Shown: positions 28,708 through 38,320, counted from the stretch's first letter. The stretch: DNA of 64,000 bases from Acidobacteria bacterium OLB17 (GCA_001567505.1 LLEU01000059.1:35274-99273), one strand, 5' to 3'. Notes: generated by a model from the sequence alone, not told the origin. Program-made: numbers and translations.

Positions 28708-29148
28708 ATGCACCTGATCGCCGCTATCCAACTTTTTCCCGACGGGACGATGTTCGTACATATCGCGCTCATCCTCGTCATGATCTGGATACTCAATAAA
28801 ACCCTGTTCAAGCCAATAAATGAAGTGCTTTCGGCCCGCGAAAAGGCCAAAAGCCACGAAGGCGGCGAGGCCGGGGCGATCCTCGAGGATGTCGCTAGAA
28901 AAGAAGCGGCTTATTCGAGCGAGATCCGCGATGCTCGGAATGAGGGTTATCAGATCATCGAGGAGCGGCACAATGCGGCCGTTGCTCAGAGGAATGAGAA
29001 GCTCGGGAAGGTCAAGGAAGAGGTCGCTGCGACTCTAGACAGCGGCCGGGCCGACATCGAGCGGCAGGCGGCCGACGCCCGCCGCGAACTACAGGCAGGT
29101 GTCGAGAAGATGGCCGATCACATTACGGCAACTATTTTGAAAGGTTAG
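28708..29148 (+). CDS. atpF: F0F1 ATP synthase subunit b' (b-like)
   Basis: The protein is 146 aa, with one N-terminal TM (MFVHIALILVMIWILNKTLFKPINEVL) followed by a long charged helix. It is the first gene of the atp block. Confidence 0.7.
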   Translation: MHLIAAIQLFPDGTMFVHIALILVMIWILNKTLFKPINEVLSAREKAKSHEGGEAGAILEDVARKEAAYSSEIRDARNEGYQIIEERHNAAVAQRNEKLGKVKEEVAATLDSGRADIERQAADARRELQAGVEKMADHITATILKG

Positions 29149-29154
29149 TGGAAT

Positions 29155-29724
29155 ATGATCATCGCCGTAGTTAACAGCCTTTTACTTTCAGCCGCATCGA
29201 GCGGTGCGCAGAGCGGATTTTCGAAGTTCTATAACGAATGGATGAATATTCCGGGCTTCGAGGCTTGGAAATTCGTCAACCTTGCGATCTTTGTCGTGGC
29301 TATGTATTTCGTGCTTCGAAAGCCGCTGGGCAATGCCTTCAAGCAGAAGCGCGAAGTGATCCGCGAAGAGCTTATTCGGGCTGAGAACGCAAAACAGGCC
29401 GCCCTTGAGCGCCTGACCGAGATCGAAGGAAAACTTGCACAAAAAGACACGGAAAAGGCCGATATTCTCGCAAGGGCAAAGGCCGAGGCCGAAGCGGATG
29501 AAAAGGAACTCTCGGAAATGACCGCATCCGACACCGCACGCCTAAAAGCGCAGGCAGAGGCCGAGCTCGATCGCCTTGCCAATCAGTCAAAAAGTGCCCT
29601 TCGCCGATTTTCTGCCGAGGAGAGCGTTCGTCTTGCCGAAGAGCGTCTTCGCAGCCAGATCGACGGTGCCGTCGATGCTCGCCTTATCAAGACCGGCATT
29701 GCCGAGATCGGAGGTTTGAACTAA
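29155..29724 (+). CDS. atpF: F0F1 ATP synthase subunit b
   Basis: The protein is 189 aa, with an N-terminal TM (FVNLAIFVVAMYFVLRKPLGNAF) and an A/E/K-rich coiled helix. Confidence 0.7.
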   Translation: MIIAVVNSLLLSAASSGAQSGFSKFYNEWMNIPGFEAWKFVNLAIFVVAMYFVLRKPLGNAFKQKREVIREELIRAENAKQAALERLTEIEGKLAQKDTEKADILARAKAEAEADEKELSEMTASDTARLKAQAEAELDRLANQSKSALRRFSAEESVRLAEERLRSQIDGAVDARLIKTGIAEIGGLN

Positions 29725-30266
29725 TGAGCACCGAAACGATCGCACGGCGGTACGCCATCGCCCTGGCCGACGTTGTTACGAAGAACGGCGAGGCCGCCGG
29801 CGTAAAGGGCGAACTTAACGCTTGGAATGAGATGGTCGCATCGAGCCCTGACCTTCAGTCCGTTTTCGCAAACCCATCTATTCAGCATTCAGCAAAGGAA
29901 AAGTTGCTCGAAACGCTCATCGCAAAGGCCGGGCCATCAAAGACAACGGCGAATTTTCTTCGCGTTCTTGTGAAGAATGACCGCATCGGCGATCTGCCGC
30001 AGATACAGGAACGCTTCGAAGAGGAGCTGGCCGAGCGAAGCGGCGTGGTCGTGGCCTCGGTAGTTTCGGCCCGCGACCTGCCGGAGAGCGAGAAAGGCGT
30101 TTTCCAGGCAAATCTCGAAAAGCTTACCGGCCGAAAGGTCGAGATCGAGTACGGCGTCGATCCCGAGATCATCGGCGGCGTCGTAACACGCATCGGATCG
30201 ACCGTATATGATTCGTCCGTGCGGACAAAACTCGACAATCTTCGCGAGGAGTTGGCAGCGGCGTAA
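29724..30266 (+). CDS. atpH: F0F1 ATP synthase subunit delta (OSCP)
   Basis: The protein is 180 aa, with ARRYAIALADV at the N-terminus and GGVVTRIGSTVYDSSVRTKL at the C-terminus. Its position between b and alpha fits. Confidence 0.85.
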   Translation: MSTETIARRYAIALADVVTKNGEAAGVKGELNAWNEMVASSPDLQSVFANPSIQHSAKEKLLETLIAKAGPSKTTANFLRVLVKNDRIGDLPQIQERFEEELAERSGVVVASVVSARDLPESEKGVFQANLEKLTGRKVEIEYGVDPEIIGGVVTRIGSTVYDSSVRTKLDNLREELAAA

Positions 30267-30347
30267 ACGAACGGGACAGTTTATCTTTAGGATCATTTAG
30301 AACTCGAATTTTTAATTGCCGGCTCGACCGGCGACAGCGAAAAAACA

Positions 30348-31895
30348 ATGGAAAGCATTAAAGCTAACGAGATCAACGAGATCATTCGTGCACAGATCGA
30401 GAATTTTGACGCGTCAATGACGGTCGCCGAGGTCGGCACGGTCATTAAGGTCGGCGACGGTATCGCCGAGATCTACGGCCTTGAAAAGGTCATGGCCGGA
30501 GAGCTTCTCGAATTCCCGCACGCGGTCCGCGGCCTTGCTCTGAACCTTGAAGAAGACAAGGTCGGATGCGTTCTCTTCGGCGATTTTCAGAAGATCAAAG
30601 AGGGCGACGAAGCAAAACGCACGCGCCGGATCATGAGCGTGCCCGTTGGCGACGCACTCATCGGCCGCGTTGTCGATGCCCTCGGAAACCCGATCGACGG
30701 CAAAGGCGAGATCGTGACCGATACTTACTACCCGGTCGAGCGGATCGCTCCGGGTATCATCGATCGCCAGCCCGTGAAGGAACCGCTCCAGACCGGTATC
30801 AAGGCGATCGACTCGATGGTGCCGATCGGCCGCGGACAGCGTGAGTTGATCATCGGCGACCGCCAGACCGGAAAGACCGCAGTCGCGATCGACACGATCA
30901 TCAACCAGAAAGGCAAGGACGTCATCTGCGTTTATGTCGCGATCGGACAGAAGGCCTCGACCGTTGCACAGGTCCGACAGAAGCTTGAAGAGTACGGTGC
31001 GATGGATTACACGATCATCGTGAACGCCTCGGCCTCGGATCCGGCAGCGATGCAGTTCCTTGCTCCGTATTCCGGATGCGCAATGGGCGAATATTTCCGC
31101 GACAACGGACGTCATGCGTTGACCGTTTACGACGATCTTTCCAAGCAGGCGGCCGCTTACCGCGAGATCTCGCTCCTTCTCCGCCGCCCGCCGGGCCGCG
31201 AAGCTTATCCGGGCGACGTTTTCTATCTACACTCACGCCTTCTCGAACGTGCGGCTAAGATGTCGGATGCACGCGGCGGCGGAAGCCTGACGAGCCTTCC
31301 GATCATCGAAACACAGGCAGGCGACATTTCGGCCTACATTCCGACGAACGTGATCTCGATCACGGACGGACAGATATTCCTTGAGTCCGACCTCTTTAAC
31401 TCGGGCGTTCGCCCCGCGATCAACGTCGGAAACTCGGTCTCCCGCGTTGGTGGTTCGGCACAGATCAAGGCGATGAAATCCGTTGCTGGTACGCTTCGTA
31501 TCGACCTTGCACAGTTCCGCGAGCTCGTCGCATTCGCGCAGTTCGGTTCGGATCTTGATAAATCGACGCAGGCACAGCTCGAACGTGGCCGCCGCCTTAC
31601 CGAGATCCTAAAGCAGGGACAGTACGTTCCGATGGCCGTCGAGGATCAGGTCCTGATCATTTGGACGGTCACAAAGGGACGCGCCGACGATATCGCGGTA
31701 GAGGACCTCAGACGGTTTGAGAGCGAGCTTCTATCATTCATCAAGGCATCGCATCCGGCCGCTCTTTCATCGCTCCGCGACAAGAAGAAACTCGACGACG
31801 AGATCGAGGCCGCACTTGCCGAGGCCGTTGAGGATTTCAAGGCAAAACGCTGGAATAGCGGCTCGTCCGAGACATCGGCTGCCGCCGGAAAGTAG
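30348..31895 (+). CDS. atpA: F0F1 ATP synthase subunit alpha
   Basis: The protein is 515 aa, with Walker A GDRQTGKT and the blocks [27 protein letters not shown] and ITDGQIFL. Confidence 0.95.
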   Translation: MESIKANEINEIIRAQIENFDASMTVAEVGTVIKVGDGIAEIYGLEKVMAGELLEFPHAVRGLALNLEEDKVGCVLFGDFQKIKEGDEAKRTRRIMSVPVGDALIGRVVDALGNPIDGKGEIVTDTYYPVERIAPGIIDRQPVKEPLQTGIKAIDSMVPIGRGQRELIIGDRQTGKTAVAIDTIINQKGKDVICVYVAIGQKASTVAQVRQKLEEYGAMDYTIIVNASASDPAAMQFLAPYSGCAMGEYFRDNGRHALTVYDDLSKQAAAYREISLLLRRPPGREAYPGDVFYLHSRLLERAAKMSDARGGGSLTSLPIIETQAGDISAYIPTNVISITDGQIFLESDLFNSGVRPAINVGNSVSRVGGSAQIKAMKSVAGTLRIDLAQFRELVAFAQFGSDLDKSTQAQLERGRRLTEILKQGQYVPMAVEDQVLIIWTVTKGRADDIAVEDLRRFESELLSFIKASHPAALSSLRDKKKLDDEIEAALAEAVEDFKAKRWNSGSSETSAAAGK

Positions 31896-31970
31896 GCAAG
31901 TTTTCGCCGGTCTCCGACTCGGAGAATGCCGCGGTTCCCGAAGGTGTAATATGTTGCTGGGGGGTTGGCT

Positions 31971-32258
31971 ATGACAACGGCACAAGTGGAACTAACTGAA
32001 TCGCAGCTTGGGATACTCCATTTGCTTTCCCTTAAAACCGGGAAGACAGAAAGCGAGCTGGTAAAGGAGGCAGTGAACAGATTTATCGACGAGTTTGAAC
32101 TGCGAGAGATCTCTGAGTCCGAACGTCGCGATGCAATAGAGGCAGCGGCAGGCATCTGGAAGGATCGCGACGACCTCTCTGACGAGTTCTTTGAGGCGTT
32201 GAGAAGGGAATCAAGTCGTTCCGGGAATTGGTCCGAGACGGAAAGCAATGGCGAATGA
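31971..32258 (+). CDS. vapB: Ribbon-helix-helix antitoxin (VapB-like)
   Basis: The RHH-like N-terminus is VELTESQLGILHLLSLKTGKTESELVKEAVNRFI and the C-terminal tail is acidic. It overlaps the downstream PIN gene by 11 nt. An alternative TTG start lies at 31965. Confidence 0.65.
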   Translation: MTTAQVELTESQLGILHLLSLKTGKTESELVKEAVNRFIDEFELREISESERRDAIEAAAGIWKDRDDLSDEFFEALRRESSRSGNWSETESNGE

Positions 32259-32625
32259 GCTCCTTGATACGAATATCCTGATCGATGTACTTAGGAATAG
32301 ACGGGAGGCTGTGGAATATTTCACCGAGCTGTCGTTCCCCTCGGTTTCGGCCATTACGGTCGCCGAGTTGTTCGCTGGTGTTAGAAGCGATGAAGAGGCG
32401 ATCGTTAGGAATTTTTTGAGGACCCTTGATGTGATCGAGATAAGCGGTGAGATCGCAGAAAAAGGCGGATTTTATCGGCGTGATTTTGGTCCGTCACACG
32501 GGGTGGATCTCAACGATGCGATCATTGCAGCAACTGCTGAGGTCGAGGCAAAGTCCCTGGTCACTTTAAATAGAAAGCATTTTCCGATGCTCAAGAATAT
32601 CTTAGTTCCTTATCAGAGAACTTGA
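32248..32625 (+). CDS. vapC: PIN-domain toxin VapC
   Basis: The protein is 125 aa. The PIN acidic residues fall in LLDTNILID, ITVAELF and LNDAIIAATA, with a TLNRKHF tail. Confidence 0.8.
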   Translation: MANELLDTNILIDVLRNRREAVEYFTELSFPSVSAITVAELFAGVRSDEEAIVRNFLRTLDVIEISGEIAEKGGFYRRDFGPSHGVDLNDAIIAATAEVEAKSLVTLNRKHFPMLKNILVPYQRT

Positions 32626-32628
32626 TTT

Positions 32629-33504
32629 ATGGCTAGTTTGTTAGATATGCGCCGACGCATTAAGTCGGTGAAGAACACACAGCAGATCACGAAGGCCCTG
32701 AAGATGGTCGCGGCGGCAAAGCTCAAGCGCTCACAGGACAAGGTCGTGGCTGCGCGTCCCTACGCCGAGCAGATGTCGGATGTCCTTGGCGGCATCAGTG
32801 CTAAGGTCGCGGACGAATTTTCGCATCCGCTGCTTGATGAGCGAGGCGATGAAAAATACCTCATCGTGCTTATCAGCGGCGACAAGGGCCTCGCCGGTGC
32901 CGTGAACACGAACGTAATAAAGGCGACGCAGAACTTCCTGAACGAGAACAGCGGGAAGGAATCTTCCCTTGTTGCGGTCGGCAGAAAAGGGCGTGATTTC
33001 TTCAAACGGCGCAAGGTCGAGATGCGCGAAGAATACATCGGAATCATGGGCGGTCAGGTAAAGCATTCAGACGCCGCCGATGTTGCCGCCCGCTTGATCG
33101 CCGATTTTACCGAGGACACGTCGATCGACAAGGTCTTCGTCGTCTTTACCGAATTCAAGAGCGTTCTTTCGCAGAGTCCCGTGATCCGGCAGCTTTTGCC
33201 GATACCGCGTGTCACCGCTGAGGAAGAAGGAGCCGAAACGGGGCCGAACGCGGAATATATCTACGAACAGCCGGCAGCCGAGATCTTCGGCCGCCTGCTG
33301 CCCAAACAGGTCGAGACCCAGCTTTATCGGGGAATGCTTGAATCTTCGGCTTCGTTCTTCGGTTCGCAGATGACCGCAATGGATTCAGCCTCGAAGAACG
33401 CGGGCGAACTGATCGACACTTTGACGCTGAATATGAACCGCATACGTCAGGCCGCGATCACCAAAGAGATCATCGAGGTCGTCTCCGGTGCTGCCGCAGC
33501 GTAA
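32629..33504 (+). CDS. atpG: F0F1 ATP synthase subunit gamma
   Basis: The protein is 291 aa, with MASLLDMRRRIKSVKNTQQITKALKMVAAAKLKR at the N-terminus and LNMNRIRQAAITKEIIEVVSGA at the C-terminus. Confidence 0.95.
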   Translation: MASLLDMRRRIKSVKNTQQITKALKMVAAAKLKRSQDKVVAARPYAEQMSDVLGGISAKVADEFSHPLLDERGDEKYLIVLISGDKGLAGAVNTNVIKATQNFLNENSGKESSLVAVGRKGRDFFKRRKVEMREEYIGIMGGQVKHSDAADVAARLIADFTEDTSIDKVFVVFTEFKSVLSQSPVIRQLLPIPRVTAEEEGAETGPNAEYIYEQPAAEIFGRLLPKQVETQLYRGMLESSASFFGSQMTAMDSASKNAGELIDTLTLNMNRIRQAAITKEIIEVVSGAAAA

Positions 33505-33529
33505 GGCACGCAGCTCTGCAGATCTAAAG

Positions 33530-33587
33530 GCAAGCAAGGCAATAGTTGAGTTTCATCCGAAATTAAACTATTCTTTGCTTGCTTTTC
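33530..33587 (+). terminator. Strong rho-independent terminator after atpG
   Basis: A 17-bp stem with one bulge pairs gcaagcaaggcaatagtt (33530-33547) with aactattctttgcttgc (33566-33582), followed by ttttc. Confidence 0.7.
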
Positions 33588-33626
33588 AGCCTTTCGGGGC
33601 AGATCAATCTAAAGGAGAATAACCGT

Positions 33627-33881
33627 ATGCTGTCAATGGTGGGTTCATTGTTGGTCCTGGTCGGCGCGATCTGGCTGATCGTTACTGCGATCCAGACCGG
33701 AAGGTCAACGGGTGAGAAGGCCCTTTGGGCCCTCGCGAATTCCTTTTGCCAGCCGATCGCCGGGATCGTCTTTTATTTCGTTCAAAAGCAGGGGCTTGTT
33801 CCTTTGCTTTTGGTCATTGCCGGTTATGTTCTGATTTTCTTCGGCGGTGGCTTGGCCGTATTTTCGGCCTTGGGGCGTTAG
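33627..33881 (+). CDS. Small membrane protein (three predicted TM segments), unknown function
   Basis: ATG 33627 follows an aaggag SD. The hydrophobic sequence is MLSMVGSLLVLVGAIWLIVTAI... Confidence 0.5.
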   Translation: MLSMVGSLLVLVGAIWLIVTAIQTGRSTGEKALWALANSFCQPIAGIVFYFVQKQGLVPLLLVIAGYVLIFFGGGLAVFSALGR

Positions 33882-33899
33882 AGTTGTAGTTTCGATTGA

Positions 33900-34364
33900 A
33901 TGTTCGACCTCCTTTTGCGGCGCGGAACGGTTTTGCCGTACGTGCCGCTTATTATTTGGGTTGGCGTGGTGCTTGCTCTCGGCACCGGCCTTGGCGCGAT
34001 GGATGAGACGTCACGCTTCATCGGCCCGTTCCTGAAGTGGCTGCTGCCGAATTCTCCTCCCGAGACGATCAGGTTCATCCACGCTCTGATCCGCAAATTC
34101 GCACACTTTGCCGAATACTTCGTTCTTGTGCTGCTTGCCTGGAATGCCTTCAGGATATTTCGCCGCCCGATCTTACTTTCCTTTCTGCTAGCGGCCGCGG
34201 TCGCCGTTCTCGATGAGCTCGACCAGAGCCTTAACGCGGCCCGCACCTCGTCCATTTACGACGTATTGCTCGACTGCGCGGGTGCCTTCGCCGCCTGCGT
34301 CATTATCTGGGGAATTTCACGGTATCTTCGCGACGGGCTCAGCGAGCCCGAGCAAAGGCCTTAG
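33900..34364 (+). CDS. VanZ family membrane protein
   Basis: The protein is 154 aa with four TM segments and the KFAHFAEYFVLVLL motif typical of VanZ-like proteins. Confidence 0.6.
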   Translation: MFDLLLRRGTVLPYVPLIIWVGVVLALGTGLGAMDETSRFIGPFLKWLLPNSPPETIRFIHALIRKFAHFAEYFVLVLLAWNAFRIFRRPILLSFLLAAAVAVLDELDQSLNAARTSSIYDVLLDCAGAFAACVIIWGISRYLRDGLSEPEQRP

Positions 34365-34494
34365 CAGCTCATTGTTTTACGCCGATGCGGTCGAGGATGC
34401 TCTGGAACCGCGGATCACCCTGAAATTGGGCGAACATCGGCTCGACGCGCAGCCAGAGCATATCGGCGGATCGATCCCGTAATCCTCTCTCGAG

Positions 34495-37035
34495 CTATGC
34501 GAGGGCCTGTTCTTTATCGTCGAGGCCTGCATAGGCGACGGCGATCGAGTACGAGCTAACATACCTTTGCTCAGCTATTCTGCGGAGTTCGGCGAGAGTC
34601 TCGAGGGCCTTGCTGCGGTCGCCGGATCTTGCGAATGCGTGAGCGAGCGACGCGAGGATCTTCGGGTCTTGTCCCGTCTTTGCGGCGCCGGTTTCGTAAG
34701 CTTTTATGGCTTCGGCATAGGCTCCTTTCTGCTCGTAGGCCTCGCCGAGGAATACGTATGCCGGTGCGAAGTGTTCGTCGAGTTCGATGGCCTGCTTTAC
34801 GGGCACGATCGCCAGGTCGGGTTCCTTTCGCAAGTAGTAGGTCGTACCGAGCATCCATTGATAAAGCGGAGATAGCGGATCGGTCGCGACGGCTTTTTGT
34901 CTTACCGAAAGAGCCTCGTCGAACCTTCCGAGAGCTTCAAGTCGGCTGCCCTCGACTGTAAGCGCCGCCGCATCATTGGGGTCGATCGCCAAGGCCTGTC
35001 TGACGTGTCTTTCAGCGCCCTCGATGTCCCAATCGTAGTAGAGCAGTATCGCACCCATTACATCGTGTGCCTCGGCTAGCGAATCGTCGATCGCAAGGGC
35101 CTTTTCCGCATATTCACGAGCCTTCGGCAGGGCTTTTTGCGGCGGAATGTAGTTGTTGCCGAGGACGCCGTAGGATTTTGACAAACCCGTGTAAGCGAGC
35201 GCGTAGTTCCGATCTTTTTCAAGTGCCTGACTGTAATATTCGATCGCCTTGTTGATCGACGCCTCGGAGTGTTTATTCCATTCGTAATCGCCTTTTAGGA
35301 ATAGGCGATAGGCCTCGGCATTCTCCGGGTAGTTCTTGGTGAGTTTTTTTTCGTCATCGCCGGACAGCCTTGCTTCAAGGGTCTTCAGGACGTCACGCGC
35401 CACCGCTTCCTGCAGCGTCAGGATCTCCGACAGCTGGTTATCGTAGGTTTTGCTCCAGAGGACGCTCTCGGTTGCGGCATCGACGATCTCGGCATAGAGG
35501 GTCAGGTTCGCTCCCCGCACTGTTACGCTGCCGTTCACGATGGCCTGTACGTTCAACTCTTTTGCAGTTTCGCGCACAGGCATATTCTTACCCTTGTATG
35601 CGAAGACGGAAGAGCGCGACTTGACGCTGAGTCCCGGCAGTCGGGAGAGCGTGCTGATGAGCGTTTCGGTCATCCCATCCGATAAATATTCGGTGTCAGT
35701 GCTGCCGCTCTGATTAGCAAAAGGCATTACGGCGATGGATCCGACCTTCTTTTGTGGTGCGACCCGGTTCGATGAGTTCCAGTAGGCGAAGACGGCCACA
35801 AAGGCCGCAAGCACCGCCGCAACACCTGCGATAACGACCGTACGCCGGCGGTGTATGACGCCTGTAACGGGAGCTTTCCCGGCGGACGTCCTCTCGCCGC
35901 CCGAACCTGTAATTGTTGCCTCGCGAGGAAGCGTGCCTACTTTGTCCGGATCCGTTCCGGTCGGTTCAAAGCCGTATTTGCGACTGTGTTCACGTTGGAG
36001 ATCTTCGAGACCGTTGAGCAATTCGCTCGCAGTCTGACAGCGTTCCTCGCGGTCTTTCTTAATTGCCTTTTCGACAATGCTGTCGAGTTCGGCAGGAAGT
36101 TCCGGAGCAAGTTGAGAAAGCGGTGTCGGTTCCTTATGGAGGATGCAGCTGATCACATCGATCGGATTCTCACCATCGAACGCCTTTCTGCCCGCGAGCA
36201 TTTCGTACAGAACAAGCCCAAGGCTGAAAATATCGCTGCGAGCATCGACCGCCTTGCCGCGTGCCTGCTCGGGAGACATATAGTTCGCTGTCCCGATTAT
36301 CGTGCCCTGCGTTGTACTCTCATCCTCGGCAAAGCTGTGCTGCAAGAGCTTTGCGATCCCGAAATCCAGCAGTTTGACAACGCCGTCCGGTCGGATCATC
36401 ACATTATCGGGCTTGACGTCGCGATGGATGATGCCGGCATCGTGCCCTGCTTTTAAGGCCTTGCCGACCTGTATGGCGATGTCCAAGGCCTGTCCGACGG
36501 GAAGACGGCCGCGTTTTAGGCGGCGGCGGAGCGTATCTCCTTCAACGAACTCGGATGCGATGAATGGCACGTCATCGACGACGCCGTTCTCGTAGATCGT
36601 AAGGATATTCGGATGGTTAAGGGCCGATGCTGCCTTCGCCTCGCGGACGAAGCGGCGGATCCTTCCGGCATCGGGGGAAAATGCCGACGGCAGGAGCTTT
36701 AACGCGACCTTCCGTTCAAGGCGAGTATCTTCGGCGAGATAGACCTCGCCCATTCCGCCGCGGCCAAGGAGTTTGACGATCTTGTAGTAGCTGAATTCCC
36801 GGCCGGCGTCGAGCTTACCGCTTGCGCCGCGGACCTCTTCGGCGACCTCACCGATCGCGGGTTCCTGCAGAAAATTGCCAGCCGCAAGGGAGGACGCGAG
36901 CATCAATTCGACCTCACGGCGAAGTTCGGCGTCGTCGCCGCACGAGTCGTCGAGGAATTGAGAGCGGCCATCCGGAGCGCGTTGAATGGCGGCGTAAAAT
37001 ATCTCTTTGACTTCTTGCCACCTTTGGGAGTCCAT
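34495..37035 (-). CDS. Ser/Thr protein kinase with one TM segment and a C-terminal TPR-repeat sensor region
   Basis: Kinase motifs: GRGGMGEVYLA, VALKLL, HRDVKPDNVMI, DFGIAK, SPEQARG. A TM segment (VVIAGVAAVLAAFVAVFAYW) is followed by multiple TPR-like repeats (AEAYRLFLKGDYEW...). Confidence 0.9.
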   Translation of the reverse strand: MDSQRWQEVKEIFYAAIQRAPDGRSQFLDDSCGDDAELRREVELMLASSLAAGNFLQEPAIGEVAEEVRGASGKLDAGREFSYYKIVKLLGRGGMGEVYLAEDTRLERKVALKLLPSAFSPDAGRIRRFVREAKAASALNHPNILTIYENGVVDDVPFIASEFVEGDTLRRRLKRGRLPVGQALDIAIQVGKALKAGHDAGIIHRDVKPDNVMIRPDGVVKLLDFGIAKLLQHSFAEDESTTQGTIIGTANYMSPEQARGKAVDARSDIFSLGLVLYEMLAGRKAFDGENPIDVISCILHKEPTPLSQLAPELPAELDSIVEKAIKKDREERCQTASELLNGLEDLQREHSRKYGFEPTGTDPDKVGTLPREATITGSGGERTSAGKAPVTGVIHRRRTVVIAGVAAVLAAFVAVFAYWNSSNRVAPQKKVGSIAVMPFANQSGSTDTEYLSDGMTETLISTLSRLPGLSVKSRSSVFAYKGKNMPVRETAKELNVQAIVNGSVTVRGANLTLYAEIVDAATESVLWSKTYDNQLSEILTLQEAVARDVLKTLEARLSGDDEKKLTKNYPENAEAYRLFLKGDYEWNKHSEASINKAIEYYSQALEKDRNYALAYTGLSKSYGVLGNNYIPPQKALPKAREYAEKALAIDDSLAEAHDVMGAILLYYDWDIEGAERHVRQALAIDPNDAAALTVEGSRLEALGRFDEALSVRQKAVATDPLSPLYQWMLGTTYYLRKEPDLAIVPVKQAIELDEHFAPAYVFLGEAYEQKGAYAEAIKAYETGAAKTGQDPKILASLAHAFARSGDRSKALETLAELRRIAEQRYVSSYSIAVAYAGLDDKEQALA

Positions 37036-37042
37036 TAGAGCA

Positions 37043-37618
37043 CTATCTGGTGAGCTCGTGATGCAGCCATGCGCGGGCGGCCTCCCAGTCCCTGGCGACC
37101 GTTGCGCGTGAGATCTGCAGAATGTCCGCGGTCTCGTCCAAACTCAAACCGCTAAAATACCGAAGTTCGACGACGCGAGCCTGCTGCGGATCGAAAGCAG
37201 AGAGTCTATTCAGAGCCTCGTCAAGAGCGATCAGATCGACGCCGTTCTCCCTTATCGCAAGATCTTCGGCCTCTTCAAGCGAAAGGCGAATATTGTCGCC
37301 GCCACGCTTTGCGCGGTGTTTGGTGCGAGCGTGATCGACCAGGATGCGCCTCATTGCCTGAGCCGCTGCCGCAAAGAAATGCGAGCGGTTTTCCCACTTC
37401 ACGTCCTGCCGGTCGATCAGCCGAATATACGCTTCATTTATCAGAGCGGTAGTTTGCAGCGTGTGGCCCGGCCGCTCTTTTCGCAGAAAGCGCTCCGCCT
37501 GCCGATGGAGTTCGGCGTAAACGACGGGTAGAAGCTCGTCCAGGGCGGATCGATCACCCTCGCTCCAATCGCGGAGCATCTGGGTGATCTGGGGGTGATC
37601 CCTCGCCTTCTCGTCCAC
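37043..37618 (-). CDS. ECF-type sigma factor (Sigma70_ECF family, kinase-associated group)
   Basis: The protein is 191 aa, with TQMLRDWSEGDRSALDELLPVVYAELHRQAERFLRKERPGHTLQTTALINEAYIRLID and VVELRYFSGLSLDETADILQISRATVARDW. Its stop lies 7 nt upstream of the kinase start. Confidence 0.85.
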   Translation of the reverse strand: MDEKARDHPQITQMLRDWSEGDRSALDELLPVVYAELHRQAERFLRKERPGHTLQTTALINEAYIRLIDRQDVKWENRSHFFAAAAQAMRRILVDHARTKHRAKRGGDNIRLSLEEAEDLAIRENGVDLIALDEALNRLSAFDPQQARVVELRYFSGLSLDETADILQISRATVARDWEAARAWLHHELTR

Positions 37619-37742
37619 GTTCTGGAGTATATCACCAAATTTTGCACAGCTTTGTGCTTTTTTGAGACTATCGGCCGCCGCCTGTCGCTTTAGTAGATAG
37701 AGTCAAGAAAACTCAAATCCGAAACAAAAGAGGTAGAAGAAA

Positions 37743-38249
37743 ATGAACGCAAGAAATTCAATAAAGATCATCGCAGCCGCATTTGTGCTGGTTTTCGCAT
37801 CGACGGCTTTCGCTCAGGGCTCCAAGGACCTTGACCTGTTCGGCCCGTCGCTCGTGGGCGTTTGGGAGCAGGTGAACGTGCCGTTGGAATACGACTGCGC
37901 GACCGGCGAACCGCTGCCCGGAACGCCGACCATCCGAATAATGCAGACATTCAATTCAGGCGGGACCGGCTGGGTCGAGGACACGGCCCCGGTCGAAGGG
38001 CCATATCGCTCGACGGGAGCGACCGTCTGGAAACGTACTTCGCTTCGCGGCTACACCTATACGAACCGGCACTATTCATTTATGCCGGACAACACATTCA
38101 TCTATTTGGTCAAGCAGAGATCGAATCTGAGGCTAAGCCACGACGGCAACTCCTTCACGGAGAACGGACAGTTCGAACTTTTCGCTCCCGACGGCAGCCT
38201 CGTCTATACGGGCTGCTTCCAAGGGACGTCTCAGCGGCTCGGCCTCTAA
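37743..38249 (+). CDS. Secreted hypothetical protein
   Basis: The protein is 168 aa with a signal peptide (IIAAAFVLVFASTAFAQG). I recognise no family. Confidence 0.5.
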   Translation: MNARNSIKIIAAAFVLVFASTAFAQGSKDLDLFGPSLVGVWEQVNVPLEYDCATGEPLPGTPTIRIMQTFNSGGTGWVEDTAPVEGPYRSTGATVWKRTSLRGYTYTNRHYSFMPDNTFIYLVKQRSNLRLSHDGNSFTENGQFELFAPDGSLVYTGCFQGTSQRLGL

Positions 38250-38283
38250 ACACCGGCTTGGCAAAAAAGGGATGGAGACGTTC

Positions 38284-38320
38284 GGTGCCGCGGCGGAAAT
38301 TGCTGCGGCACCTTTTTTTT
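38284..38320 (+). terminator. Rho-independent terminator
   Basis: Stem ggtgccgc...gcggcacc (38284-38312) is followed by T8 (38313-38320). Confidence 0.7.

Noticed and set aside
37640-37665. A hairpin gcacagctttgtgc followed by T6 between the ECF sigma gene and the divergent secreted-protein gene, as a terminator.
   Set aside because: No plus-strand gene ends upstream of it. It may instead be an operator in the divergent promoter region, but I have no evidence either way.
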